Of a stretch of 64,000 nucleotides of DNA, positions 38,545 to 50,995 are shown one piece after another. The notes beneath the pieces are model-generated. The model saw only the letters and a program-made list of their open reading frames with translations. It had not been told where the DNA came from and made no database searches. The position numbers and the translations under genes were made by a program. Numbering within the stretch: the first letter of the stretch is position 1; every line of letters begins with the position of its first letter. The stretch comes from Octopus vulgaris (taxonomy: Eukaryota), in NCBI GenBank assembly GCA_951406725.2, contig OX597822.1, forward strand, positions 60,078,001 through 60,142,000, in the 5' to 3' direction.

Positions 38545-38753
38545 CTACTCTAGGCACAAGGCCCAGAATTTTTGGGGAGGGGGTCAGTCGATTAAATTGA
38601 CCCCAGTACACAACTGGTACTTAATTTAACCACCCCGAAAGGATGAAAGGTAAAGTCGACCTCGGCAGAATTTGAACTCGGAACGTAAAAACAGACAAAA
38701 CACCACTAAGCATTTAACCCGGCATGCTGATGTTTCTGCTAGCTCACCACCTT
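38545..38753 (-). mobile_element. SINE family B (Nin-domain-like core)
   Basis: Reverse of GAGTTCAAATTCTGCCGAGGTCGACTTTACCTTTCATCCTTTCGGGG...AAGTACCAG; other copies near 26190, 26560, 26980, 36690, 58250, 61120-61970. Confidence 0.8.
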
Positions 38754-39639
38754 GTTTGTGCAGAGAATTTTGAAACAGTAATATTCTAAGTTAGTAATGG
38801 CAATATACAGGACAATAACAATTAATACTTGCTGTCATGTTAAAAAGAGATCTAATCTCTATGGAATCTATGCCAAAAATTTTAAGAAGTTCAAAAAAAT
38901 TGAATGACCACAAATATTTCAAAGGATCAGGATATTAACAAACCAGAACTGACACTGCAAAACTGGTGAATGTGACAGGAACAGTTTATGCTACACCTAC
39001 AAACAACTATGTTGGACAGTGGAAATTCCTGAAAATTTATAGAAATTGCTTGAAAAATTTCTTAATTGAAATGAATTTGTTAACAATGAAATCTTTCTAT
39101 CAATTTTGATAAATATTTGCTTCACTTCCAAGCAAAAGTTCTGAATTAATGAATTAAATCATATGAATTAAATATACTAAATGAATAAAATATACTAAAA
39201 ATGAAAGGTAAGAATAATCTGTCAAATACACTGAATAGTATTTTCTGAACTACATACAAATAATGTCATATCCTGTACCAATGGAATTATGGCAGTTACT
39301 CCAACTCCCATTTTCTCCATTTTCTTGTGGTTTATCATCTCATATAAATTCCAAAATGTTCATCAGTGATAACCTTAAAGCAGAGTGATTTGGGAACTTA
39401 AAGATGGATGAAGGTATCAATGCAGCCACACATTTTTACAGTAATGTGTAAGGTCATCTTCATTTGTGAAGGCTTCAGCATCTCTAAAACCTGGCATTTG
39501 TATAAGATTGATGCTGTCTGTATTTTCATGAAGCCTTATGAAAAATGTAGCAATAACTGTTTTATGTAAACTAACAACACCAGAAATTGGTCACTCCATC
39601 TCCATACAACAGTTACAAAAATATCCCAAAACTTCTTAC

Positions 39640-39798
39640 CCTCCTCAGTGAGATCAGCAGTGTCTGACATCATTGGAATATTTCCAGACTTCATCATTGT
39701 CTTATATTGTTCGATTTCCTCAGTTAGTTTGCGTATCAAGACATCTGTCTCACTTTCATTTATTTTAGCCATTGTTTTAATTTCTTTGGCTCGATTAA
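39640..39798 (-). CDS. KIF28: Kinesin exon (motor end and neck coil): VNRAKEIKTMAKINESETDVLIRKLTEEIEQYKTMMKSG...DLTEE
   Basis: aag|TT...GAG G|gtaag; 159 nt; overlaps ORF 39536..39772. Confidence 0.9.
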
Positions 39799-40248
39799 CT
39801 TTGAAAAGCAGAAAAACAATATATTAGAATAGTCGGATGAATATTTGGAAACACAATTTCTAGATTATAACATCTTAGTTTCAACAAAATATTAAGCACA
39901 ATAATTTACACAGCTATCTTTGAAATATGATTAATTCATAAACAGCTCAATTGCAAATTTCATTCATGATATTATCTCTTAAATCACATTATAAAGCATG
40001 CTAATGTATGTCAATTACAATAAAAATAACGAGGATTTCTAACAACCTCAGTACCTAAATAGTTTACCAAACCCAGAAAGAAGAAAAACAAAGTAACCAT
40101 AGCAGGATTTAAGCCAAGAATAAAGAGACATAACCAAAATAATAAAGTTCACTTCCTTTATAATTATAATGATGATAATTATCATGTCGTTATTTAATGG
40201 CTACTTTTCCAATTTGAATGGGTCAGATGGAATTTGTTGAGGCAGTTA

Positions 40249-40298
<50 letters not shown>

Positions 40299-41214
40299 AA
40301 CATATGACAGGTTTCTTTCAGTTTCCTTCTACCAAATCCACTCACAAGGCTTTGGTTGGCCTACGCTATAGTACAAAACTCTTGCCCAAGTTATACATAG
40401 TGGAACTAAAGACCACATGGTTGGGAAGCAAACTTCTTAACCCCCACCTATGTGTGGCTATGTGCCTTGTAATAATTTTACATGTTATTTACTTTATTAA
40501 CATGAGAATGAATGCAATGAGAATCTCCAATAGTCACTAATTCTTTCACCTCCTTACAGAAGGTTCTGTGGTGTCCCATTTAGAGTACTATTCAACATAA
40601 CAATAACTGTATTTAGCTAAATCATTCCAACCCATTTACCAATCATCATTCACTTTACATCTTCATTAATTGACACTGACCAATTGCTTCAAAACCTAAT
40701 GTGCTTCTTAATTCAATGCAGTCTGCATTTGAAGAGAATATTACATACTCCTAATGGAACATAATCAGCTCTAACCATAATTATGCCCCAGCATCCTCTG
40801 TTAGTTTTTCACTGCTGTACAGCATCACATTTATTATATGTTCTTCAATTAATCATATTTATATACACAAGAATCTCTTTTGCTAAGGTAACCGTTCTCT
40901 AACACTTCAGACCATAGCCATCACTAGCTCTATTTCCAAAATTAAGTAAGTTCCCTAACAAAAACATTCCACTACTTTCAGCAAGTCAGTTGAGAAGTCA
41001 ATATTCATTACTGTTATTCTTTATGCCGTGGATGAGATGCACTTAGGCGGGTTTTCCTGTCAATCAGTCACAAAGTTCATTGCTCTTTTTTATTACTAAC
41101 TAATTATATCGACAATATAATACTAGATGTCTATTTATACCTTTTCTGTGCACTAAGATGGAGTACTTCCCTGGAGGTATTTTATCATATTCTTTGCTAT
41201 GTTTATTGTTTTTA

Positions 41215-41525
41215 ATAGTTCATCCATCATTGTCAACAAAGACCAAGGACATCATATAGAAGAAGATGAGATATAGTGCTTGGCTGTGACCAATCAGTCC
41301 AATGTGTGCTTGGATGGCTCTACTGCATGTCAGGCACAGATGGTCTGCTGAAACTGAAGGCAAGAAGTTAGCTCCAGACTTATGTAGTTCGTGTTTTCAT
41401 ACCTCTGCAATCCTGTTCTATTCATAGGAGATGACACCTTTATTAGTGCAGCTTTGCCAGGCAAGGCAGTCTTGTGCTTGCATTTCCCAGGTGCTGGGGT
41501 TGATCTCAAAGCTCGTCAATGTGTC
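41215..41525 (-). mobile_element. RTE/BovB-like LINE 3' fragment with C-terminal Cys/His knuckle
   Basis: Minus frame ...INPSTWEMQAQDCLAW...CLTCSRAIQAHIGLIGHS followed by a short 3' UTR. Confidence 0.7.
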
Positions 41526-41897
41526 TATACTTAACATTAAAGTTACTTAACTAAAACTGCCACATTTCAAATATGTTTGCTCTTCTTACTAAAAATTACA
41601 ATGCCGATTTACAAAAGCACCAAGCAGAACCAAGTTTTTTTTGTGATATCTTATAGGTTTAGAAAACTGGAGACAAAAACCTTATTACCTATACATTGAT
41701 AATTAAACTTCTCTTTACCAATCCTCAATATATATTTAGCTTTGTTATACTTGATCTGAATAATGAATGTGAAATTCATGAATGAATAATTAGCGATTAA
41801 ATAAACTAAGAATTGCAATTAAAATGTGTGGTGTCACCTTTCCAATTTCAGTATGTGACTTTTAACAAATGTACTATTGAAACATCTGGCAACTTAC

Positions 41898-41958
41898 CGT
41901 ATCTCAGAGTTGATAAGGTTTCTTGATAGTTGATATCAGCTGGACTCACAGCAGCAAC
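41898..41958 (-). CDS. KIF28: Kinesin exon: VAAVSPADINYQETLSTLRY
   Basis: tttag|GTT...TAC G|gtaagt; 61 nt; SPADINY.ETLSTLRY motif. Confidence 0.95.
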
Positions 41959-42082
41959 CTAAACAAAGAATGTAGAAATGTGGAAAAGTTTTAAACAATT
42001 GCATATCCTTGATTTTATTGATTAACATTCTGGAAACAAAAAAAATTTCCAATTTGATGCAATGAAATTTATCACTTTAAAT

Positions 42083-42282
42083 CAGTGGTTTTCAACCAGG
42101 GTTCCGCCAGTACAGTCCAGGGGTTCCGCAAGAAGTTACAAAAATGCTAAAATCGACAGTAATTTTTAATTCTCCTGTGCAGATATGTGTGCATAAGACA
42201 ATTAAATTATGCACAGGGGTTCCTCAAGCCAGTGAAATGTTTTCTTGGGGTTCCGCTCCAGCAAAAAGGTTGAAAAACACTG
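42083..42282. mobile_element. 200-bp hAT (Charlie-type) MITE
   Basis: TIRs CAGTGGTTTTCAACC / GGTTGAAAAACACTG; 8-bp TSD CTTTAAAT (42075-42082, 42283-42290); subterminal GGGGTTCC repeats. Confidence 0.92.
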
Positions 42283-42774
42283 CTTTAAATAATCAAATTT
42301 AGCTTTGAGATGAAAAAAGGCTGTCATACAAGCTTGAAATTCCTATATTTTTTTGGAAACACTGTATTTAAAGGCTTTCATCTTTAATGAATTCAGAATA
42401 TTAAATAATTTATTTCAATATTTAAAATCAAATAAATCTTGTCTTGTAAAATTTGATAAATCTTGAATTTATTTCAGACCTCATATTAAGATAAAGTAAA
42501 AAATGATTAAATATTTAGATGTTAGATAAATATTCTCCTGTCTTTTTCTCTGTCACCACTGCTAAAAATAATCAGGTATGCCATAAATTCACAGTATAAA
42601 CAGTACATCTCTTGAGTAACTAACACTGGTTGAGTTGAAGCTTCCATATTAGGTAAACAGACCAGTACATTTTGCAAATGCCAGCCACATGACTGAAATG
42701 CATGTAGCTATTCATTGAATGTAAGTGCTTGTGTGTGTGTATGCATATACCCAGTCACATGACTTCATTTTATT

Positions 42775-42977
42775 TATTCTTTTATTCTTTTACTTGTTTC
42801 AGTCATTTGAACATCACCTTGAAAGGGTTTAGTTGAACAAACTGACTCCAGAACTTTTTTTTAAGCCTGGTACTTATTCTATCAGCCTCTCTTTGCCAAA
42901 CCATTAAGTTATGGGGATGAAAACACACCAACACCGGTTGTCAAGTGGTGGTGGAGAACAAACGCATACATAAAGAA

Positions 42978-43054
<77 letters not shown>

Positions 43055-43210
43055 GATGACAGGCTTCTTTCAGTTTTCTTCTACAAAATCCACTCACAAG
43101 GCTTTAGTCAATGCGAAGCTACAGTAGAAGACACTTGCCCAAAGTACCACATGGTGGGAATGAACCCAGAACCATGTGTTTGGGAAGCAAGCTTCTTACC
43201 ACACAGTCAC
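42775..43210 (-). mobile_element. tRNA-derived SINE (family A) with an expanded internal (TA)n(GA)n tract
   Basis: Homology to 34656-35007. Confidence 0.88.
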
Positions 43211-43269
43211 ATATTTATTTATTTATTGGAAATGGTTTAATTATAAAGGTTAAACTGTGACAATGGCTT

Positions 43270-43940
43270 TTGCAGGCCATCTGGGACTGAGAAATTTGAG
43301 ATTCAGTTCAAATATCAGTAAAGACGGCAGGAAAAATGTCAGCAAGAAAGGAATTTCAGAGGGTTGATTATTCCAAGGAAGACGGATTGAATGGGTGATT
43401 TACTTTGGGGAGCTCAGAGACAGGAACACAGTGTATATCATGTGGGGTTTGATGAGCAGGGTATACAGCTAGCAAGATCAGAGGAGTAGAAGCTGTTGTA
43501 GTTGTAACATCTACAAGTCCAAGGTTGTATTATATTGACAAATGTGCCTTTCTCAGTCAGTCAGATAGCATTTTTTTTTTGATGTAGCATAAGATGTTCA
43601 TATGTGTAACAATAAAATCATCCCAAATGTAGAAGCTATATTCTATTGAGGGCTTCACCTCAGTTTTGTAGAAAGTCAACAACCCTTTGGAGTGAAAGTA
43701 TTTTTTGGCCCTGAAGAAGAAGACTTATCAACTGGACACAATTATTACTGATTTGAATGTTTGCTCACCAGGAGAAGTTGTAAATGATTCTGTGAACTAG
43801 GATTTGCAGTGACTCAGGGGTTTAGCTACATGTTACCCAAAAAGAAGGTGAGAGAGAGGATCATTTCTTTGCATATTTATTCAGATGAAGAAATCAAGAT
43901 TGCTATAAGCCATGTTCCTTGTGACAGAGTAAATTTGATG
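43270..43940 (-). mobile_element. Degenerate CR1/L2-like LINE 3' fragment
   Basis: Minus-strand remnants of the LLTFYKT..P.IEY....W motif; many lesions. Confidence 0.45.
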
Positions 43941-45517
43941 TGAAGTGTTTAGATTGCAAGTAGATAATGGCTGTGTGCATATACATGTGTCAACATGTGT
44001 ATACAATAATTGCATAATTATATCATTTTGTAGTTAAATTGAATGTGTAAATTGACAAATGTGGATTAATGTTTTATCTTATAATTATAGAGAAAAATAT
44101 TTGCCAAGGAAATAAAATTAAACCGGTTTTTATTTACTTATTTATTTATTGTCATGCCAGTTAGAAAGATTAAAAGCAAACAAAAACAGCAATGCAAATA
44201 CAAAATAGCAAAATTCACGAAAGTAATTTAGTGAAAACAGCACAAATCATTGTAATTTTAATAAATCACTGTTATAAAAAGTAATTTGACTGGGTATCAA
44301 AATAAATTATAATAAAATACATAACTATTTCAATAATTCACATTTGTTGAAAACTAAAATAAAATCTACCCAGAAATATGTAAGAAAAATTACATGTCAT
44401 AAAAATGCCACGTGTATTTTTAAAATATACTGGAGGTGTCATTAAAAAAATCTATAAGTTTATTTGTAAAAAAAAAACAAAAAATTGCAACCAACAAATC
44501 CAACCATGACACTTCCACTGCTTTTTAAAAGTGGAATAGTCCTAAGTCTATAATACATGAATATTCTAAACAAACATATGTGAGTTTTTAAATAAAACCA
44601 GAAACCATTTGAGGGATGTTAAAAATTCCAACTGGCTCAAATATTTTTTATTTAATCAGGATAGGCAAAGCATCTGACAGATTTTCATTTGGGTTTTACA
44701 TATTTTTGACAAAGTTTCTCTTTCCAGTTTTGAATGATTATTATTGAAGTTAAGTTAGATTTATTGATTTATTGTGTCAAATCTAACATAAACAAATTCA
44801 ACATTCTATGTCATCATCATTGCCATCAACATCATTTTACATTCCTGTTTTATACTGGATTGGGTTGATTGGGTCAACACACACTGAATTATTTTCTTTC
44901 TTTTATTTGAACTTCCAGTTCTCCTTGCCAGATTAGGAGGCATGTCTTGCTTGCACATTCCACACATATATCCACACATAAATGTGTATGTCCATGGGTG
45001 TGTGTGTGTATATGTAGTTGCTTGAAAGTTTCCCAATGGGACAGCATGTAGCATGAATTGATTATCACCATTTTCTCACTTTCTTCTTTTTCTTTTTACT
45101 TTTATTTTGCTTTACTTTTCTGCTCTGATGAAGTTCCACAATTCAAATTGGTATAATTAATTACTTACAATGATAACTATTATTATTATTGTGGTGGTTA
45201 AGTCTGGGAATCATGCTAACAGAAATAGCTGCAAGTTGAGATTCTGTCTCTTTGTAATTAATCAATAAATGATAATTGGTGTAAATCAATTGTTATCCAT
45301 TAATTGTATCTCCATTTTCTGTTTTCCTTAAATATTGATAAACTTCCATTTATTCTTGTCATTACCTATTATTTATGAGCATTAATACCAATGCTCATGA
45401 TCAAATATAGGTAATACACCAGTTGATTCATTAGATACAAGTATCCCTTAGATGGTTGTTATAACCTCTAATTTAACTCATATATATATATATAAATGGA
45501 ATTAAACACAGGTGTTT

Positions 45518-47005
45518 GGCACTGACATCGGCCACGACTATGATTTCACTCAGTTCAACAGGATTTCCCAAGCAAAGCATATTGCCCAACGATTGAAGGG
45601 TGCTTGATGGACAAGAGGAGGCTGAGGACTGATCCTTGGTGAATCCCTACATGTACCCTGAATTCTTCACTATACTTGTTGCCAACCCTCACCTTACTGA
45701 CAGCAACCCTGTACATGACTTATACAGCTCTCACCAGCTACTCATCTATCCCTAGTTTCCACATTGGCAACCAAATAAGGGATCGGGGAACCCTGTCAAA
45801 GGCTTTCTCCATGTCAACAAAAGCCAAGTACAGAGGTTTATCTTTGGCTTGGTATTTCTCCTGCAGCTGTCTTACCAGAAATATAGCACAAACCCAAACT
45901 GCATCTCATCTAAACTAACTCTCTCCCTAATTAGTTGGGCTAGTCTGTAGCATTCGTCACCTGATCCAACAATTTGATATCTCTGTAATTATTTCTAAAG
46001 TATCACCTTTATCTTTGTAGCAGTTGACTATGGTGCTGCTACACTAGTCAGTGGGCATGACTCCTTCATGTATCACCTGGTTAAATATACAGGTGACTAG
46101 ACCATAGCCTACACTGCCATATATTTTAAGTATCTCAATGGTGGTTCTTGATGGGCCAGGAACTTTTTCCGTCTTCATATCCTTAATTACTTTATCTACC
46201 AAAGTACTGTCAATTTGGATAGACAGCTGACCCCTCGGTTGGGTTGACATTTGGTAGATTCTCTTTCTCCCATTCATTCTCTTCATTTAGAAACCTTTCA
46301 TAGTGGTGTCTCCAACTCTCTTTCTTTGCAGCCTCATTAAATGCAAGTAAGCCATCATCTATGCAGACACATTTCTCTCCTATGACATTACAATTTTCTC
46401 TCACACACCATCTTGCAATTCGAAACACTTCAAGTCTCTGATCCTCATGATGCAAAACATTGGCAAATCTTTTCTTTTCTGCTTCCCCTCTGGCTAAGTA
46501 AACCTGTCTCCTAGCTTCCCTTTTGGCAATCTGATACAGTTTCTTGCTATCACCATATTCTCAGTCCTTCCAGGCCTGTTTCTTTTCCCCAATGGCCCTG
46601 TCAACTACATTGTTTCACCACTGTGTAACCTTAGGTCAAGAGGGGACTTTACACCAGCCACAGATCTGGTCAGTAGCCCTCAACAGGTTGTCCCACAGGA
46701 ACCTCCAGTTGTCCACCATGTTATGTGATGTTATATCCTCCTCTTTCTCATCAAAAGCTTCAAGTATTACATCTCTAAATCTCTATCCATTCAAAGGATT
46801 CTTAAGCTTCCAGACCCTCCTTTTCCAGACTGGTCATCTTCTGGGCAGCCATTTAGCCCTGATCCTGAAGTTGCTAACAACTAACCTATGCTGCAGGGGG
46901 CATTCTTCATCTGGGAAAGTTTTTGCATTTATAAGCTATCTTTCTTGCTTCCTGGTGAAAGTGTAGTAAATCTGACTAGCGTGTCCACCGGACTGGTAGG
47001 TGAAT
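45518..47005 (-). mobile_element. Internally deleted RTE LINE
   Basis: 45613-45935 is reverse-homologous to 19900-20250 (HQGSVLS, AFVDMEKAFDRV); ORFs 46044..46455 (VDKVIKDMKT, DQRLEVFRIA). Confidence 0.9.
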
Positions 47006-47877
47006 AGTTTCTGTATTCCAATGGTTGTTAAGTGGGCACATGGTGTTACCTCTGCATGAACAGCCTTCCTTTGTTGGGCCTCCTTACTAGTATTTTCTTG
47101 ATGCTAGGAACACAACTAAAAGTATCTTCTGTTACATATTTTCTTATTACATATGAGTCTGGGGAAAGTGTTTATCAGTTAAAGTGGCTCGTGTCTACAC
47201 AAGTTTTTATATTCAGGGAAATGGAAGTGTACCCACATATTCATATATACATGCACATAACCACGTGATTTTAAAATTAACCCTATCCCACCATTCCCTG
47301 TCTTCACTCTTTCTCTGCATCTCTACTCCACTCCACCTACACCCCAGGCACCAACCTCAGAAGATCAGCATGATCAGTATTATGTGGTGTTCAAGAAGAC
47401 TCACCTATTTGGGGGAAACTGAAGTTCTTAAAGTATAATGTCTATATACACAATTGAATTACTTGTCTAATTTCCTTAACTTGTCTAATTTCCTCTTCAT
47501 CCCCATTCCCAATTTCTTTATCACTGATCTCTTTATTGCTTACCTAACTGCCACTGTTGTTAAATGCAGGTAAAATTACATATTTCATCATCTTTTCTGT
47601 GATGCCTGTTATCTTTTCTCATTACTTGGAACCACTTTCAGCTCCATCCTTCATTTTTAACATTGTCCATTCTCTACTCCCATTTTATATTGATTACCTC
47701 ACCTTTCTATGCAACCAAATCATCTCTCTCTTTTCTTCTCCACTGAATCACTTCCTGTTGACTTGACACTGTTATTATAGATCTCTCATTGTCTCCATGG
47801 TCCCTATCCAATGATTGATATAAAACCAAGTAAAGAAGAATTTATAATGCTACATGAACAACTTGTATGTTTCATAC

Positions 47878-47948
47878 CATAATAGTTTTGCTATTTCCTC
47901 CAAGAGCATTCTTCAGTAATTTAGTAAGTACAGAATCCATGTAAGGAA
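47878..47948 (-). CDS. KIF28: Kinesin exon: VPYMDSVLTKLLKNALGGNSKTIM
   Basis: ttttag|TT...ATG|gtatga; 71 nt; LGGNSKT motif. Confidence 0.95.
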
Positions 47949-48292
47949 CTAAAATAAAATAAAAATAAATCAATAATTAAACATTAGAAAATGATTCTCC
48001 TTTAATGCAAGTAATTTAAAAATCACTTATTATAATTTGTGAACAACAATGTGTTGGTTAAATATTTTGAAATGTAAGGTAGCAATCATTTTTTTTAAGC
48101 CCAGACTGCCACTCAGCAATTATCTTACATTGTAAAAAATATTCATAGAAGCCGCCTTTTTAAAAACTGTGATTCTAATCTCATCATTTTTCAAGCTAGC
48201 AATGTCTTGTGTACTAAAACAGTGAAACTAAATTAGTTATATTTATATGCTTTTTTAGTGCATCCCAAATAACCTTTCAAGAAGGAGCTATT

Positions 48293-48935
48293 GGATCTTT
48301 ACCTTTTGACGTACAGATTTAAAAGATAATTTTTTTGTAACTAAACACTTTCAAATTTCGGACACTGGTAGAATGTGTCATATAAAACATGTTTTACTCT
48401 TAGCACTTTTGAGAAAAACTTATATTTACCAAGTAATTTCACGTTAAAGTAGGCCTATTTCGATAATTTCAACCAATCAATGATGTGTATTCAGCTGAAT
48501 AAAATTACTTCTGTTGTTTGTCAACAACAACTTTCGGCGGGATATTTTTTGTTTGTCACTGTTATTTATGACATTGTTCGTGCGTTTGTACTGGTTTTAG
48601 CTTTAAGGGGTTAGGGTTATGGTTTTATGGTTAGGGTTAAGGTTTTAGGGTTAGGGTTGTCATAAATAACAGTGACAAACGAAAAATACACTGCTGGAAG
48701 TTCTTATTGACAAACAATGGCAGTCATTTTATTCAGCTGAATACATGTCATTGATTGGTTGAAATTACTGAAATAGGCTTACTTTAATGTGAAATTACTT
48801 TAAATATAAGTTTTTCTCAAAAATGCTAAGAGTAAAACATGTTTTATATGACACATTCTACCAGTGTCCAAAGTTTGAAAGTGTTTAGTTACAAAAAATT
48901 ATTTTTTAAATCTGTACATCAAAAAGTAAAGATTC
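48293..48935. mobile_element. 643-bp fold-back MITE (Merlin-like) with about 280-bp TIRs and a central TTAGGG-like tract
   Basis: 8-bp TSD GAGCTATT (48285-48292, 48936-48943); termini GGATCTTT / AAAGATTC; arms 48293-48573 and 48658-48935. Confidence 0.9.
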
Positions 48936-49076
48936 GAGCTATTTTATATAAAATGATATCATAGACTTTCTTTTATTGAAGCTAAGGTATCTGGTTGGCA
49001 GAAGTAGAAGAGAATGTATGAATAAAGCAAAACACTTAATCTATTACACATAAATTAATATAATTTAATTGTTTAC

Positions 49077-49207
49077 CTTTAATGTTACCTCCATTTGCCT
49101 TTTTGGCCAAGGCAGATATGCAGTTACCTAAAGTAAAGAGTGACTTGTTAATTGCAGCACCTTCTTTAAGTCTGTCACCTGTTGCACCTGTACTAGAAGC
49201 TCGTTCA
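49077..49207 (-). CDS. KIF28: Kinesin exon: [44 protein letters not shown]
   Basis: ttctag|T...AAA G|gtaaac; 131 nt; RLKEG..INKSL..LG motif. Confidence 0.95.
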
Positions 49208-49324
49208 CTAGAAAAGAAACCATATAGCAGAATATATCAGAATCAATTTTTTTTTAAATTTTAAATAAGAGAAAAGTAAATAAAAACTAGTGAAAGTTAA
49301 CAGCATGTTAATACTCTTTTACAC

Positions 49325-49697
49325 ATTTACTCATTTACTTGTTTCGGTTATTTGATTGTGGCCATGCTGGGGCACTACTTTCTAGTCGAAAAAAAGCAAT
49401 CCCTGGTCTTATTCTTTGTAAGCCTAGTACTTATTCTCTCAGTCTTTTCTGTTGAACTGCTAAGTTACAGGGACATAAACACACCAACAACAGTTGTCAA
49501 GCAGTGGGGGGAGGACAAACACACACATATACAACAGGCTTCTTTCAGTTTCCGTCTACCAAACCCACTCACAAGGCTTTGGTCAGCCCAAGGCTATAGT
49601 AGAAGACACTTGCCCAAGGTGCCATGCAGCAAGACTGAACCTAGAATCATGTGGTTGGGAAGCAAGCTTCTTACCACACAGCTACGCTTGTGCCTAT
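49325..49697 (-). mobile_element. tRNA-derived SINE (family A)
   Basis: Homology to 34656-35007; explains ORFs 49352 and 49494. Confidence 0.88.
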
Positions 49698-50315
49698 ACC
49701 AACTTTTTAAGATAGTTATTTTTGGATTTGAATTTACAAAACTAGAATCAAATCTTTTATCTAGACTAATTCTTAAAATTATCCATTGCTACCTCCATCA
49801 ATATCAACACCATCATCATCATTCTTTTATCTCTATTTTATTCCTGCAAGCATTGGTTGACAGGTCTGTCCCAAAACACAATCGTGACATTTCTTACCTT
49901 CCCTTACTTTCCTCTTTCTTAGGCTCTTTTCATTTGATCTACTGGACATTTATTCAACCAACTGTCATCCTATATAGAAATCATATGACTAACAACAGTT
50001 ATCTTCTCTTTTGCACAACACACTCGATATTTTTGATCCCTAATTTTGTCTTACCTTACCTATTTCTGCCTTTCATGCACACTATTATTACACATCCAGA
50101 AAAGCAGGTTTACTATCTTCCTTTCCAGCCATTCAAAAACCATATTTCACCACTATTCAATATTAAATTTCACATATAAAAGTCATGTAATTAGCACTTT
50201 AGTCAGAGAGAGAAGTTATTTGTTGCTAGTAGAGGTAATATTTCCCTGAACTATTTTCCTCCTCCATGAAGTTCTTCTTTTCTATCAGTGAATTATATAT
50301 ATAAAATGATAAGAT

Positions 50316-50584
50316 AAAAAACATGGATATGAACTTGGTATTCCTTCATTGCATCTGTTACATATGTTTCTGTATTTAGTAATTAATGATGTCACACTAT
50401 AAATGCAATTCAAACATGTGACAAAAACGATATATACATCCATATTTTGACTATAGGTGAGGGTATGTATGGGTATGGGTATATTTTACTTATAAGGAGT
50501 TGCATGTATAAATTGCATTTATAGTGTGACATCATAAATTAATTACCAAATACAAGGTATACCAAGTTCATGCCCATGTTTTTT
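50316..50584. repeat. Imperfect inverted repeat (MITE-like)
   Basis: AAAAACATGG..GAACTTGGTAT..GATGTCACACTATAAATGCAATT mirrored at 50511-50584. Confidence 0.75.
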
Positions 50585-50608
50585 CTCTCTTTATTGATAC
50601 ATTTTTTT

Positions 50609-50995
50609 ACTTGACTTGACTTGACTTGACAGCATTCACCTGGGGTGGGTTGAGCTGGCTTCATTCATCCTCAATGCTGCATCTCTCACAAACGCTGACC
50701 AGGCCTGGCAATTTGAGGCTAACGACCATGTGATCTTCAACCACTCCTTATTCCAGCGGCAAACGCCGTAGATATGGGGGCCAAGGTTGGGTTCCAGATC
50801 AGCCTTGACTGTCATCAGCCAGGTTTTTCGTTGTCCACCACATCGCTTTCGCCAACCCTGAAGGGGAGCTGGGGCAATTGCTTTGTAGATGAATTCTCCT
50901 GGTTGATGACAGAGGGCATGATCCAGCCAACGCAGACATCTCGTTAGGATGACTTGTCAGAGGGAGGTGATTCTGCACTGGTATCGCACCGAATT
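50609..50995 (-). mobile_element. RTE-clade LINE 3' end of a different family, with (GTCAA)n tail
   Basis: Minus frame LRWLDHAL...GWRKRCGGQRKTWLMTVKADLEP..GP.IYG..RWNKEW; tail (TTGAC)n at 50609-50630. Confidence 0.8.

Noticed and set aside
45125-45240. CTGATGA...GAAA hammerhead-like spacing
   Set aside because: I could not build convincing stems I and III; at most a very degenerate relic
47938-47940. Idea that A-to-I editing restores Arg in PYMDS
   Set aside because: Editing ATG gives GTG (Val), not Arg
49352-50179. 275-aa + strand ORF
   Set aside because: Read-through of an antisense SINE and degenerate repeat sequence; similar peptides occur at other SINE copies
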